Of a stretch of 64,000 nt of DNA, positions 9,460-18,903 are shown piece after piece. Numbering within the stretch: position 1 is the stretch's first letter; every line of letters starts with the position of its first letter. The stretch lies in assembly GCA_964386675.1 (NCBI GenBank), contig CAYLTB010000001.1, forward strand, positions 2,353 through 66,352, given 5' to 3'. The translations under genes and the position numbers were made by a program. A model generated the notes under the pieces. The model was not told the DNA's origin, did not search any database, and was given only the letters and a program-made list of their open reading frames with translations. Source of the DNA: an uncultured Verrucomicrobiota bacterium. Its GTDB lineage: Bacteria > Verrucomicrobiota > Kiritimatiellia > PWTM01.

Positions 9460-10473
9460 GTGAATGCCGTCTCGATCGCCGTTTTCGACACCAAGCCTTA
9501 CGACCGGCAATTCCTCGAGGAGGCGAACGCGCGGTACGGGTTCGACCTGCGCTTTCTGCGGCCGCGGCTTGGGCGGGATACGGCGCGCCTGGCCGAAGGC
9601 GTTCCGGCGGTCTGCGCGTTCGTCAACGATGTGCTGGACGCCCCGACGGTCGAGACGCTGGCGACGGGGGGCACGCGCTTTGTGCTGCTGAGGTGCGCAG
9701 GCTACAACAACGTGGACCTATCCGCGGCCGCCGGTCGGTTGCGGATCGCGCGCGTGCCGGCCTACTCCCCCCACGCGGTGGCGGAGCATGCCGTCGCGTT
9801 GCTGTTGACGCTCAACCGCAAGATCCACAAGGCGTACGCGCGCACGCGCGACGGCAATTTTTCGCTGGCCGGCCTGCTCGGATTCGACTTGTTCGGCAAG
9901 ACCGCCGGTATCGTCGGCGCGGGCCGCATCGGCCGTGCGATGATCGGCATCCTGCGCGGTTTCGGCATGCAGGTGCTGGCGTACGATCCGTTTCCGGACG
10001 AAGATTTCGCACGCGTCTCCGGTTGCCGGTGGGCCGCGCTGGACGAACTGTTCCGCGCCTCCGACGTGATTTCGCTGCACTGCCCGCTGACGGCGGAGAC
10101 GCGGTATCTGATCCGCGCGGACACCATCGCGCGGATGAAGGACGGCGTCACGATCATCAACACCGGCCGCGGCGAGTTGATCCGTACCAGCGACTTGATC
10201 GAGGCGTTGAAGTCCCATAAGGTGGGGGCTGCCGGTCTGGACGTGTACGAGGAAGAGGAAGACATTTTCTTCGAGGACTGGTCTTCGGGCGGCATCGCGG
10301 ACGATGTCCTGGCGCGGCTGACGACGTTTCCGAACGTGGTGGTGACCGCACACCAGGCCTTCTTCACCGCGGAGGCGCTGCGCAACATCGCCGAGACCAC
10401 CCTCGAGAACGCTCGGCGGTTCTTCGAGGGCGCGCCGGTGCCCCATGAGATCTGCGGCCGGTGCACGGTCTGA
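9460..10473 (+). CDS. ldhA: D-lactate dehydrogenase (fermentative 2-hydroxyacid dehydrogenase)
   Basis: Near-colinear similarity to E. coli LdhA along the whole length. Matching segments include VFDTKPYD, CAGYNNVDL, VPAYSPHAVAEHA, NFSLAGLLGFDLFGKTAGIVG, SDVISLHCPLT, LDVYEEEEDIFFED and HQAFFTAEAL. The start codon is GTG. Confidence 0.92.
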   Translation: MNAVSIAVFDTKPYDRQFLEEANARYGFDLRFLRPRLGRDTARLAEGVPAVCAFVNDVLDAPTVETLATGGTRFVLLRCAGYNNVDLSAAAGRLRIARVPAYSPHAVAEHAVALLLTLNRKIHKAYARTRDGNFSLAGLLGFDLFGKTAGIVGAGRIGRAMIGILRGFGMQVLAYDPFPDEDFARVSGCRWAALDELFRASDVISLHCPLTAETRYLIRADTIARMKDGVTIINTGRGELIRTSDLIEALKSHKVGAAGLDVYEEEEDIFFEDWSSGGIADDVLARLTTFPNVVVTAHQAFFTAEALRNIAETTLENARRFFEGAPVPHEICGRCTV

Positions 10474-10529
10474 GCCGGGGCGGCGCATTGCGCTTGATGC
10501 GCGCGGACGGTTGAGCTATTCACGATTCC

Positions 10530-11096
10530 ATGCTTCGAGCCTGCTCCATCGCGGCGGCCGGAATGGCGCTGCTGTGCGGTTGCGCCGGATTCTGGGAGGA
10601 TCCCGGACGGATAGCGCAGCAGCAGCGCGAGGACGAACTGTTGCGCGAAGAGCGCGATCGCCGGCTCATGGGCCGCATCGAGACGCTGGAAATGGAAGCG
10701 GCGGCGTTGCGGCGCGATCTCGACCAGTCGCGGCGGGCGGCCGATACGGCGGGCCTGTCGCGCGTGCGCGCGCTGGAGGAGAAGATCGCGGCGCTGGAGC
10801 AGCGGTGGCGCGACAGCGAGGCCGCTCGCGAAAAAGACCGCCGGGAAATCGTCGAGGTTTTGAGCAAGCGCATGGCCGAGCTGCTGCAGTCCTCCGGCGC
10901 CGGCGGACGGACGGGCGTCCCGCCGCGGCGCGCGCCGAACCGCGCCGGCTGGGAGCATGAGGTCAAGCCCGGCGAGAGCCTGTCCACCATCGCGGCCGCC
11001 TATGGCGCGCGCGTCGCGGATATCGTCGAGGCCAATCAATTGCGGGACGCGCACATGATCCGCGTGGGGCAGAAGTTGTTCATTCCGGAACCGTGA
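10530..11096 (+). CDS. LysM-domain lipoprotein with coiled-coil region
   Basis: A lipoprotein signal with lipobox (MLRACSIAAAGMALLCGC) is followed by a charged coiled-coil segment. A C-terminal LysM domain is present (HEVKPGESLSTIAAAYGARVADIVEANQL...GQKLFIP). Confidence 0.7.
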   Translation: MLRACSIAAAGMALLCGCAGFWEDPGRIAQQQREDELLREERDRRLMGRIETLEMEAAALRRDLDQSRRAADTAGLSRVRALEEKIAALEQRWRDSEAAREKDRREIVEVLSKRMAELLQSSGAGGRTGVPPRRAPNRAGWEHEVKPGESLSTIAAAYGARVADIVEANQLRDAHMIRVGQKLFIPEP

Positions 11097-12223
11097 CGGC
11101 GGACGCACGGGCACATCGCGTGAGCTGGTTTCTTCAAAAAAGCAACGGCGTCGAATACGGGCCGACCGACCTGGAAACGCTTCGCGCGTGGGCGGCGGAC
11201 GGGCGTATCGCGGCGGACGATCTGATCAGCCGGGATCGCGCAACATGGACGCCGGCGTCGAAGGAAGTGCTGCTCGAGATCGAATGGGTCGTCACCACCG
11301 ATCAGGGCGATGCCGGCGGACCCTGTCACCTGCGGCTGTTTTCCGAATGGCTGCGGGAGGGCGTCCTGTCGCCGGATACGGTTGTTCGCAACGTGCGCAA
11401 TGGTCGGCGCGTCGTCTTGGGCGAATTGTTTCCCGACCTGGTCGCGACCTTGACGGCGGCGAGCGCCGGGCCTTCGTCGGTTTCGGTCCCCGCCGCTGCG
11501 TCCGAGACCGGAACCGAGGGATGGGCGGCGTCCGTCGCCGCGGCGGAGCCGTCCGCCGATGGAATTGCAGGACCGCCGGAACGGATCATCTGGCAGGCGC
11601 TGGCACGTGAACGGGACGCCCTTCTGGATGAGGCGCGCAAGTGGCATGAGCGCCATGACCGGGAATGGGAGGCGGCGCGGAAACGCGAGGAGGAGTTGAC
11701 GGCCCGGTTGCGGCAGACGGAGCAGGAACTGATCCGTCTGCAATCGGCGCTGGAGGGGGCGCAGCAGGAAATCCAGGGGTATCGCCGCGAGCGCGAGGAA
11801 GTCGCCGAACAGGGCCCCTCGCGCGACTGGGCGGCGGCCTACTTTGCGCTCGCCCGGACGCACGACACGCTGACCGCCGAGCTCGAGCAGAAAATGCGCG
11901 AGTTGCAGACGCTGCGCGAGGAAGTGGTCGCCGTCAACGCGGCGGCCGAGGAACGGGCACGCCTGGCCGACGCGCAGGTCGCCACCGAACGCCGCGCGGC
12001 GGACGAAGCCCGCCGCGCGTTGGCCGAGTCCGAGCAGGCGCATGAGGCGGTGCTGCGCTCGCTCCGCGAGCTGAACGACCGGTACATCCGCCTGCGGGAA
12101 CGGTATGCCGCTGTGATCGCGCCGGGTAATTCCCCGGCGCCCGCGCCGTCCCCGCCGGGCACGGCGTCGCCGGGCGCTGACGCCGCGCCCGCCCCGGGGC
12201 CGCGAATCCGATTGTTGCGCTGA
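11093..12223 (+). CDS. DUF4339 (GYF-like) domain coiled-coil protein
   Basis: The GTG start overlaps the upstream stop (GTGA). The N-terminus WFLQKSNGVEYGPTDLETLRAWAADGRIAADDLI matches the DUF4339 signature. The remainder is a long Glu/Arg-rich coiled coil with a Pro-rich tail. Confidence 0.6.
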   Translation: MTADARAHRVSWFLQKSNGVEYGPTDLETLRAWAADGRIAADDLISRDRATWTPASKEVLLEIEWVVTTDQGDAGGPCHLRLFSEWLREGVLSPDTVVRNVRNGRRVVLGELFPDLVATLTAASAGPSSVSVPAAASETGTEGWAASVAAAEPSADGIAGPPERIIWQALARERDALLDEARKWHERHDREWEAARKREEELTARLRQTEQELIRLQSALEGAQQEIQGYRREREEVAEQGPSRDWAAAYFALARTHDTLTAELEQKMRELQTLREEVVAVNAAAEERARLADAQVATERRAADEARRALAESEQAHEAVLRSLRELNDRYIRLRERYAAVIAPGNSPAPAPSPPGTASPGADAAPAPGPRIRLLR

Positions 12224-12446
12224 TGGGCCGGCCTGCGCACCCCGTCACGCCGAATCCTTCGGGATGCTGCGCGCAGATAAACCTGCAGCGCCTTGGCCTT
12301 GCCCGCACGGACCGGGCATCGCGGCCGCGTCGTTGGCCCTCCGGATCTGCGCGCTCCTGTCGCGGTGCGGAAGCGGCGCGAGAACGTCCGCCACCCCCGC
12401 TATCGGGCTCCGAGCCTCTGGCGGGCGGAGGCAGGCGAATCCGCCG

Positions 12447-14288
12447 TTACTCCACCGTCACGCTCTTCGCCAGGTTGCGCGGCTTGTCGATGTCGGTGCC
12501 GCGGGCCATCGCGGCGTAATAGGCCAGCAATTGGAGGGTGACGACGTTGACGATCGGCGAGAGTTCCTCGAGCACTTCCGGAACATAGAGCGTGTCTTCG
12601 GCGAGGGCGGCGGCGGTGGCGTCGCCGTCGTTGGCCACGGCGATGATGCGGCCGTGGCGCGCTTCGACCTCCTTCATGTTGGAGATCATCTTCTCGTACA
12701 CCTCGTCCCGGGTGCGGGTGCAGACGCAGACGACCGGCAGGTATTCGTTGATCAGCGCGATCGGTCCGTGTTTCAGTTCGCCGGCGGAATAGCCCTCCGC
12801 GTGCTGGTACGAGATTTCCTTGTTTTTCAGCGCCCCCTCGAGTGCGGTCGGATAGTTGTATTTACGGCCCAGGTAAAGCGAACTCGGCCCGTCGTGGTGC
12901 TTGTCGGCAACGGCGCGGATCGCATCCTTTCGATCCAGCACGTAGTGAATCGCGTCAGGCACGGCGCGAAGTCCTTCCAGCAGTTCGATGGCTCGGGCCG
13001 GATCGAGTTCCTCGCGGAGCCGCCCGATATGGACGGCCAGCAGCACGAACGCGGCCAGTTGCGCGGTGTACGCCTTCGTTGAGGCCACCCCGATTTCCGG
13101 GCCGGCATCGGTGTACAGCACTGCGTCGCTCTCCCGTGCCAGCGTGCTGCCGCGGACATTGCAGATCGAAAGAATCTTGCACTTCTTCCGCCGGGCCAGC
13201 CGCACGGAGGCGAGCGTATCGGCGGTCTCGCCGGACTGGGAGACCGCAATCACGAGCGTGTCTTTCTCGATGCGCGGCCCGCGGTAACGGAACTCGCTGC
13301 CCAGGTCTGTCTCCACCGCCAACCCGGTCAGGTTCTCCAACAGCAGCTTGCCGTAGAGCGCGGCATGATAGGCGGTGCCGCAACTGACAATCATCACGCG
13401 CCGCAGAATATGAAAATAATCGGCGCTCAAGCCCAGCTCTTCGAGCTGCGGTCGGCCGGCGTCATCCACGTGGCGCTGCAGCAGCGCGCGAATGACGCGC
13501 GGCTGCTCGTGGATTTCCTTGAGCATGAACGTTTCGAAGCCGGCCCGCTCCGCCGCCTCCGGTCGCAGGTCCACGTCCCGGAGGTCCGGCGCCGCCGTTG
13601 AGCCGTCGAGGCGGGTGACCTCGGCGCCGACCGCGCGGACGACGGCCATCTCGCCGTCGCGCAGGTAAATGGCGCGGCGGATGTGCCGCAGGATGGCCGG
13701 CACGTCGCTGGCGATGAACATCTCGCCCTCGCCGAGTCCGACGATCAGCGGACTGCCCTCGCGTACCGCGTACAGTGTGTCCGGCTCATCTCGCGTCACG
13801 ATGCCCAGCGCGAAGGCGCCGCGCAACCGCCGCAGCGCGCGCCGCAGCGCCTCTGTGAACGAGGGCGCTCCCGCCCGCACTTCCTCCTCGATCAGCCGGG
13901 GAATGACCTCGGTGTCCGTCTCCGAGGCGAAGACATGGCCTCGGCGCTGGAGTTCGACGCGCAGCTCGGCGTAATTCTCGATGATGCCGTTGTGCACGAC
14001 GGCGATCCGACCGCGGGAATCGAGGTGCGGATGGGAGTTGGCCTCGGAGGGCTCGCCGTGGGTCGCCCAGCGCGTATGACCGATCCCCAGGCGTCCTTCG
14101 ATCGGTGCGGCCGCCAGTGCCTCCTCCAGGCAGGCTAGCCGACCAACGCGCTTGCGCACCACCAGTTCGCCCGAATCGAGCAGCGCCACGCCGGCCGAGT
14201 CATAGCCGCGATACTCGAGGTTGCGCAGACCTTCGAGCAGGCGGGGCGCGGCGGGTTGCGGGCCGACGTAGCCGACGATGCCGCACAT
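12447..14288 (-). CDS. glmS: glutamine--fructose-6-phosphate aminotransferase (isomerising)
   Basis: The start is MCGIVGYVG (Cys2 nucleophile). A GATase-2 domain is followed by two SIS domains and a C-terminus ending KSVTVE. The protein is 613 aa. Confidence 0.93.
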   Translation of the reverse strand: MCGIVGYVGPQPAAPRLLEGLRNLEYRGYDSAGVALLDSGELVVRKRVGRLACLEEALAAAPIEGRLGIGHTRWATHGEPSEANSHPHLDSRGRIAVVHNGIIENYAELRVELQRRGHVFASETDTEVIPRLIEEEVRAGAPSFTEALRRALRRLRGAFALGIVTRDEPDTLYAVREGSPLIVGLGEGEMFIASDVPAILRHIRRAIYLRDGEMAVVRAVGAEVTRLDGSTAAPDLRDVDLRPEAAERAGFETFMLKEIHEQPRVIRALLQRHVDDAGRPQLEELGLSADYFHILRRVMIVSCGTAYHAALYGKLLLENLTGLAVETDLGSEFRYRGPRIEKDTLVIAVSQSGETADTLASVRLARRKKCKILSICNVRGSTLARESDAVLYTDAGPEIGVASTKAYTAQLAAFVLLAVHIGRLREELDPARAIELLEGLRAVPDAIHYVLDRKDAIRAVADKHHDGPSSLYLGRKYNYPTALEGALKNKEISYQHAEGYSAGELKHGPIALINEYLPVVCVCTRTRDEVYEKMISNMKEVEARHGRIIAVANDGDATAAALAEDTLYVPEVLEELSPIVNVVTLQLLAYYAAMARGTDIDKPRNLAKSVTVE

Positions 14289-14321
14289 AGTCTTTCCCCT
14301 TCACGCTGAAGAATGGGCCGG

Positions 14322-14368
14322 CGTCAAAACACAGCGCCCCTCTCCACCGCTGCGATAGAGAGGGGCGC
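14322..14368 (-). terminator. rho-independent terminator downstream of the prepilin gene
   Basis: A perfect 11-bp GC-rich inverted repeat, GCGCCCCTCTC (14334-14344) and GAGAGGGGCGC (14358-14368), has a 13-nt loop. On the minus strand it is followed by UGUGUUUUGA. It lies 28 nt after the stop of the 14396..15121 gene. Confidence 0.6.
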
Positions 14369-14395
14369 CCGCGCAACGTACAGGGTCGGGCCGAA

Positions 14396-15121
14396 TTACA
14401 GGCCGGTGCCCGGCCGCAACACCGTGTTCGTGTACATGTTGCCGTTGATGTCCACGCGCTTGAAATACTCGTTGGTGAAGGTCAGGAGCTTCAGGTCGTC
14501 GCGCATGATCGGCGGGCAGGAGAGTCCCTTCGTCACCACGACCATTCCGCGCTTGCCGAACGGATTGGCGTTCTCCGCCAGTTGATCCACGAAGCCTTTC
14601 GCGTCCGCGCTCAAGGTCGCATTCATGATAGCGAACGGTTTCGCCGAATCGCCGCCGAGGTTGCGGGTGAACATCGCCGGCGCCGTCTCAGAATACGACT
14701 CGTTGATATCGCCGACGATGCACCAGGCGTTCTTGCCGTTGGTGAGGAAGTCATTCCGGTCGGTCGCGGACTTGATGCCGGAAGCCGTGAAGAAGTTGTA
14801 ACCGACCGTCATCCACTCGCTCGTGATCATGTAGTCGAAAAATCGGCTGGACGTGTCGAACCTGAAGTTCGGGGCGTCAAAGGTCGCGCCGTATTTCGGC
14901 CACGAGTTGACCGCAGAAATCATGCCCTCGGTATCGCGCATGATGATGGTCTGGACGATGCTGCGGCCGTTGGCGGCGGCCGCCGTCAAACGAGCACGGA
15001 ACAGGCCGTTGTTGATCTGCGGTAAAATAATGGAAACCAGAATGCCGATGATCGCGATGACGACCAGCAGCTCGACCAGGGTGAATCCACGCCGACGGAA
15101 CGCTTTCAGCAGCATCTTCAT
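14396..15121 (-). CDS. prepilin-type N-terminal cleavage/methylation domain protein (DUF1559-type pseudopilin)
   Basis: The N-terminus is MKMLLKAFRRRGFTLVELLVVIAIIGILVSIILPQ, the class III signal (G/FTLVE) typical of PVC DUF1559 proteins. A strong RBS GAGGAG lies 7 nt upstream of the ATG at 15121. The gene is monocistronic and followed by the terminator. Confidence 0.8.
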   Translation of the reverse strand: MKMLLKAFRRRGFTLVELLVVIAIIGILVSIILPQINNGLFRARLTAAAANGRSIVQTIIMRDTEGMISAVNSWPKYGATFDAPNFRFDTSSRFFDYMITSEWMTVGYNFFTASGIKSATDRNDFLTNGKNAWCIVGDINESYSETAPAMFTRNLGGDSAKPFAIMNATLSADAKGFVDQLAENANPFGKRGMVVVTKGLSCPPIMRDDLKLLTFTNEYFKRVDINGNMYTNTVLRPGTGL

Positions 15122-15322
15122 ATTCCGACTCCTCAATGGTTGCATCCCACGCATCTGCTTACGCCCCGGGCTTCCCGATGCGTCGTTTTCCATGCGCGAC
15201 ACGGCCAACATACGAAAACCGCACCCATCGCGTCAAGGCGTTTGTTGCATTATTTTGGACAAGCAAAAAGCATCGTCAAACCGGGACGCGGGGGCTATGT
15301 TTCCGGGTCGGACACCGTCATC

Positions 15323-15871
15323 ATGCAATGGACGCTTCACCAATGGACCGCGGGCATCGGCGCGGCCCATATTGTGCTCGGCGTGATCGCCTGTGCGACG
15401 CCCGCGGCCGCGCGTCGAGGATTGGCCGGTTTTCCCCGGAACGCCCTTGCCGGCCGGGTGCTTTCCGCCGCGGCTTTTTTCTGGTGCGCGCGCCTCGTGC
15501 GCGCGGCCTCGCTGGGGTCCTTCGATTTTGTAAAACCCTGGCTGTATGTCGCGGCCGTCGCGGCTTGGCTGGCGGCCATGGCATTCATGGATGAACTGCT
15601 CGGGCCGCGCGCGCTGGGCGGGCTGCTGCTGCTGGCCGCCGCGCCGTTGCTGGAGGCCGCCCGGTTGCATCCCGCCGCTGCCGGCCGCGTCCTGTCCGTG
15701 CTGGGCTATGTCTGGGTCGCCGCGGGCATGACGTGGGTCGCGGCGCCCTGGAGGTTGCGCAACCTGGCCGCGGCCGTGACCCGAACGCCGGGACGGTTGC
15801 GGGCGGCCGGCGCCGCATCCGCCGCGGTGGGCGCCGCGTTGCTGACCCTCGCTTTCACGGTGCTGGCATGA
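15323..15871 (+). CDS. hypothetical membrane protein
   Basis: A 182-aa protein with about four predicted TM helices (HIVLGVIACATPAAA..., AAFFWCARLV..., LYVAAVAAWLAAMAF..., LLLLAAAPLL...). Its stop overlaps the next start (ATGA). Confidence 0.5.
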   Translation: MQWTLHQWTAGIGAAHIVLGVIACATPAAARRGLAGFPRNALAGRVLSAAAFFWCARLVRAASLGSFDFVKPWLYVAAVAAWLAAMAFMDELLGPRALGGLLLLAAAPLLEAARLHPAAAGRVLSVLGYVWVAAGMTWVAAPWRLRNLAAAVTRTPGRLRAAGAASAAVGAALLTLAFTVLA

Positions 15872-16848
15872 CCCTGCGCCCCCGCCTGCTCGTGCTGCGC
15901 GGCGGCGCCATCGGCGATTTCGTGCTGACGCTTCCCGTGCTGCAGGCGCTCCGCGCGCAGTGGCCGGAAGCCCACATCGAGGTCGTCGGTTATCCGCACA
16001 TCGCCGAACTGGCCCGTGTGGGAGGCTGGGCGGATCGAATCGAGTCGCTCGACCGGGCGCATTTCGCGCGTTTCTACTCGCTGCGGCCGGAACTCGGCGA
16101 GGAATTGGTCCGCTACGTGCGGTCGTTCGACCTGGCCGTTTCGTTTCTGCACGATCCCGACGGCACCGTCTGCCGCAACCTCAAATCCACCGGCATCCGG
16201 CAGGTGCTGTACGTCTCGCCGGTCGGTCCCGCGATTCACGCGACCGACCATCTGCTCCGGGCATTGGAGGCGCTGGCGATCTATGCGGCCGGCACCGCGC
16301 CCCGTCTCAACTGGCCGGCCGCCGCAGTAGCGGAGGGCCGCGCGCGCCTGGCCGCCGCGGGCGTCACCGGCGCGCCGCTGGCGCTGCACGCGGGCAGCGG
16401 AAGTCCGTCCAAAAACTGGCCGGCGGGCCGGTTCGCGGAACTCGCCCGCGCGGCGCGCGACTCCGGTTGGGCGCCCTTCTTTCTCTGGGGCGAGGCTGAC
16501 GCGGTTCCGGCCGAGGCGCTGCACGCGGCCCTCCCGGATGTTCCACAGGTTACGGGACTCGAGTTGGTGGACGCGGCTTCCGTGCTGGCGGCATCCGCGG
16601 CCTATGTCGGCAACGATTCGGGAATCACGCACCTGGCGGCGGCGCTCGGTTGTCCCACCGTGGCGATCTTTGGACCGAGCGATCCCGCGATCTGGGGGCC
16701 GCGGGGCGACAACGTTACCGTGCTGCGCGCGCCCGGCGGACGACTCGCCGACTTGACGGCGATCCGCGTATGCGCTGCGCTCAGCGCCGCGGCATCGCCT
16801 GGGCCGCCGCGATCCGCATGGCCGGAACCGCCTCCACCGGGACGGTGA
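15868..16848 (+). CDS. glycosyltransferase family 9 (ADP-heptose:LPS heptosyltransferase-like)
   Basis: LLVLRGGAIGDFVLTLPVLQALRAQWPEAHIEVVGYPHIAEL matches the N-terminus of RfaF/RfaC-type heptosyltransferases. The C-terminal part GNDSGITHLAAALGCPTVAIFGPSDP is the conserved GT9 motif. Confidence 0.8.
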   Translation: MTLRPRLLVLRGGAIGDFVLTLPVLQALRAQWPEAHIEVVGYPHIAELARVGGWADRIESLDRAHFARFYSLRPELGEELVRYVRSFDLAVSFLHDPDGTVCRNLKSTGIRQVLYVSPVGPAIHATDHLLRALEALAIYAAGTAPRLNWPAAAVAEGRARLAAAGVTGAPLALHAGSGSPSKNWPAGRFAELARAARDSGWAPFFLWGEADAVPAEALHAALPDVPQVTGLELVDAASVLAASAAYVGNDSGITHLAAALGCPTVAIFGPSDPAIWGPRGDNVTVLRAPGGRLADLTAIRVCAALSAAASPGPPRSAWPEPPPPGR

Positions 16849-18718
16849 TCCCGACGATGCCGGCGCGCGCGCAGAAACGCAGGCCGGCGAGGTCGTCCGG
16901 AGCAAGACCGCGCGCCCAAACGGCGATGTCGTGCCGCACGGATCGCGCCTTTCGCACCGCCGTTTCCAGCAACTGGCCGACGCCGTCGATGTCGAATTCC
17001 TCGGGCCGCGCATCCGCGGACTCGGCGGATTGACCCCGGCAGGCGCGCGTCAGCCGCGGCACATCCAGCAACAGCAGTTCGGCATACTCGGCCCAACGGT
17101 CCGCGAGCAGCGCGTCGCGCGGGGTCGCCACCAGATATCCGCGGCAATGCGACAACGCGCCGTCCGGCCATGCCCCGTTCGCCGAGACGAGCAACCAGCC
17201 GATGCCGGCGGGGGGGGCGGACAGCGGCCCCGCGGTCTCGATAAGCACCGGCAGTCCCCGCGCGGCCGTGCGGCAGGCCTCGGCCGTCCGCCGTTCGCGC
17301 GCGGCGCGCGGCGCCGCATCCTCGGCCGCGGCCGCCGGTCGAAACACAATGCCGTCTGCCGCCAGCCGCCGCGCCATCCGAATCCCGCCAAGGTCGTCGG
17401 TTTCTGCGTGGATCGCCGGCCGTCCCGGTTTCAAGGACCATTCACAAAGGGTGCGGTAGAGCTCAAAGTCGGGATGTCGGCCGGCAGCCCGCGCGCCCCG
17501 TCGGAAGGCCTCGAGCAGCGAGCGGGCGCGCGCGCCGCCCGCCGGCTGCGGTTCGCTCCAGAACTGACGGATGTCCTCGGCGGTCAGGCCGGCGAGCGCC
17601 TCGTCGCGCGTCAGCAGCGCCGGCTCGCCGCGCTCCGCAGCCATATCCACCGCCCACCGCACGGCGGCGCGCCCGGCCCGGCGGGCCGGAGCGGCGTCCG
17701 TCACGACCAGTCGGCCGCTTTCGATTACGAACCGCGCCTCGTGGGGATAATGCCAGCGGCGTTCCAGGGCGCGCAACACGGCCAGCACTTCCGCGTGAGC
17801 GTGGCGCAGCATTTCCGACGGCTCCAGCGCTAGCCGCTCCAGCGGCGCCGGCGCCGCGTCCGCCGTCTCGAAGTCATCCTCCTGCGCGCGGACCAGATAG
17901 TGGCCGACCGGTCGGTCCTCGCCGGTCAACGGATCCCGCGATACCGCCCGCACGACGGCGGAGTCGCCATCCAGATGGCCATACGCCATGGCGCAGACCG
18001 TGACGGCGACGCCGAGCGGCGGAGCGCCCCGTGCGCCGGCCGCCCTGCGGCCGTCGCCGTCGCGCCGCCACCGCTCGTAGGCGGCCAGCAGCACGGTCCG
18101 CAGTTGCTCGGACGGGTCTTGCGGAAAAGGTCGGCCGGTGCGCTCGAAAAAGACGCGCTTGTATAAGTCGCAAAGCTCCCGCAGACAGGCGGCATCGAGC
18201 GCGCGTTCGTCCGCCGCGCGATACTTCAGCAGCAACCGTCGCCGCGCCGTTTCGAAGTCGGCCTCCCGGCAGCCGGCGACGATGACCCCGTAGCGGCGCA
18301 GCAGGCGACGATAGGCGTCCCAGGCGGCCCGCTCGCTGCCGACGGCGGTCGCGAATCCCGGCACGGAGCGGTCGTTCAGACCCAGATTGCCGATCGGCGG
18401 CACGCCGGCCTCCCCGCTGTCCACGGAGACCAGCAAGGGCCGCGCGGGATATCCGAAGCGGGCGCCCCCGGCGCCGTCCAGCGAACGCAACCGATCCCGT
18501 AATTCGTCGGCAAAACGCGGCGGCCACCGACGCTGGTGGCGGTCCAAGTAGGCGCACACTTCAGCGGAGACGGTGAACCCCGACGGCGTCGGCAGCCGAG
18601 CCGCACTCAGCTCCGCCAGCCGCGCACCGCGCGCGCCGAGCAACAAGCGGGGCGTACGTCCGGTCTCGCCGCCACCAACAGCGGCGCCAAAGGGGAAGAT
18701 ATATTGGCGATCGGCCAT
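16781..18718 (-). CDS. PEP/pyruvate-binding (PPDK_N-like) domain protein lacking the phosphohistidine swivel domain
   Basis: The start MADRQYIFPFGAAVGGGETGRTPRLLLGARGARLAELSAARLPTPSGFTVS matches the PPDK/PEP-synthase nucleotide-binding N-terminus (KYIFPF..GGKGANLAEM..LPVPPGFTI). No GGxTSHAAI phosphohistidine motif was seen downstream. The start was chosen at the Met preceding the conserved block. Confidence 0.55.
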   Translation of the reverse strand: MADRQYIFPFGAAVGGGETGRTPRLLLGARGARLAELSAARLPTPSGFTVSAEVCAYLDRHQRRWPPRFADELRDRLRSLDGAGGARFGYPARPLLVSVDSGEAGVPPIGNLGLNDRSVPGFATAVGSERAAWDAYRRLLRRYGVIVAGCREADFETARRRLLLKYRAADERALDAACLRELCDLYKRVFFERTGRPFPQDPSEQLRTVLLAAYERWRRDGDGRRAAGARGAPPLGVAVTVCAMAYGHLDGDSAVVRAVSRDPLTGEDRPVGHYLVRAQEDDFETADAAPAPLERLALEPSEMLRHAHAEVLAVLRALERRWHYPHEARFVIESGRLVVTDAAPARRAGRAAVRWAVDMAAERGEPALLTRDEALAGLTAEDIRQFWSEPQPAGGARARSLLEAFRRGARAAGRHPDFELYRTLCEWSLKPGRPAIHAETDDLGGIRMARRLAADGIVFRPAAAAEDAAPRAARERRTAEACRTAARGLPVLIETAGPLSAPPAGIGWLLVSANGAWPDGALSHCRGYLVATPRDALLADRWAEYAELLLLDVPRLTRACRGQSAESADARPEEFDIDGVGQLLETAVRKARSVRHDIAVWARGLAPDDLAGLRFCARAGIVGITVPVEAVPAMRIAAAQAMPRR

Positions 18719-18903
18719 GGGGCGCCGCGCGCGCTCCGACCGAATCGCGCGGCGGGTCCAACCTAGCATATCGGCGCCCTGCGGCCAAGATCCCGCGCGG
18801 ATGTTTTCGCTTGCCTGTTGCGGGGAATCGGTTACCGTGCTAGCCCGCACGGAGACGTGTTCTGCCGGAAAATCCGGCGGCAGCGCAGAAAGAGGTATTT
18901 TGC

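Noticed and set aside
14289-14395. possible glmS ribozyme/riboswitch in the glmS leader
   Set aside because: The only strong structure there is a simple GC hairpin plus U-tract that terminates the upstream prepilin gene. None of the conserved glmS ribozyme core is visible, and that element is essentially restricted to Gram-positives.
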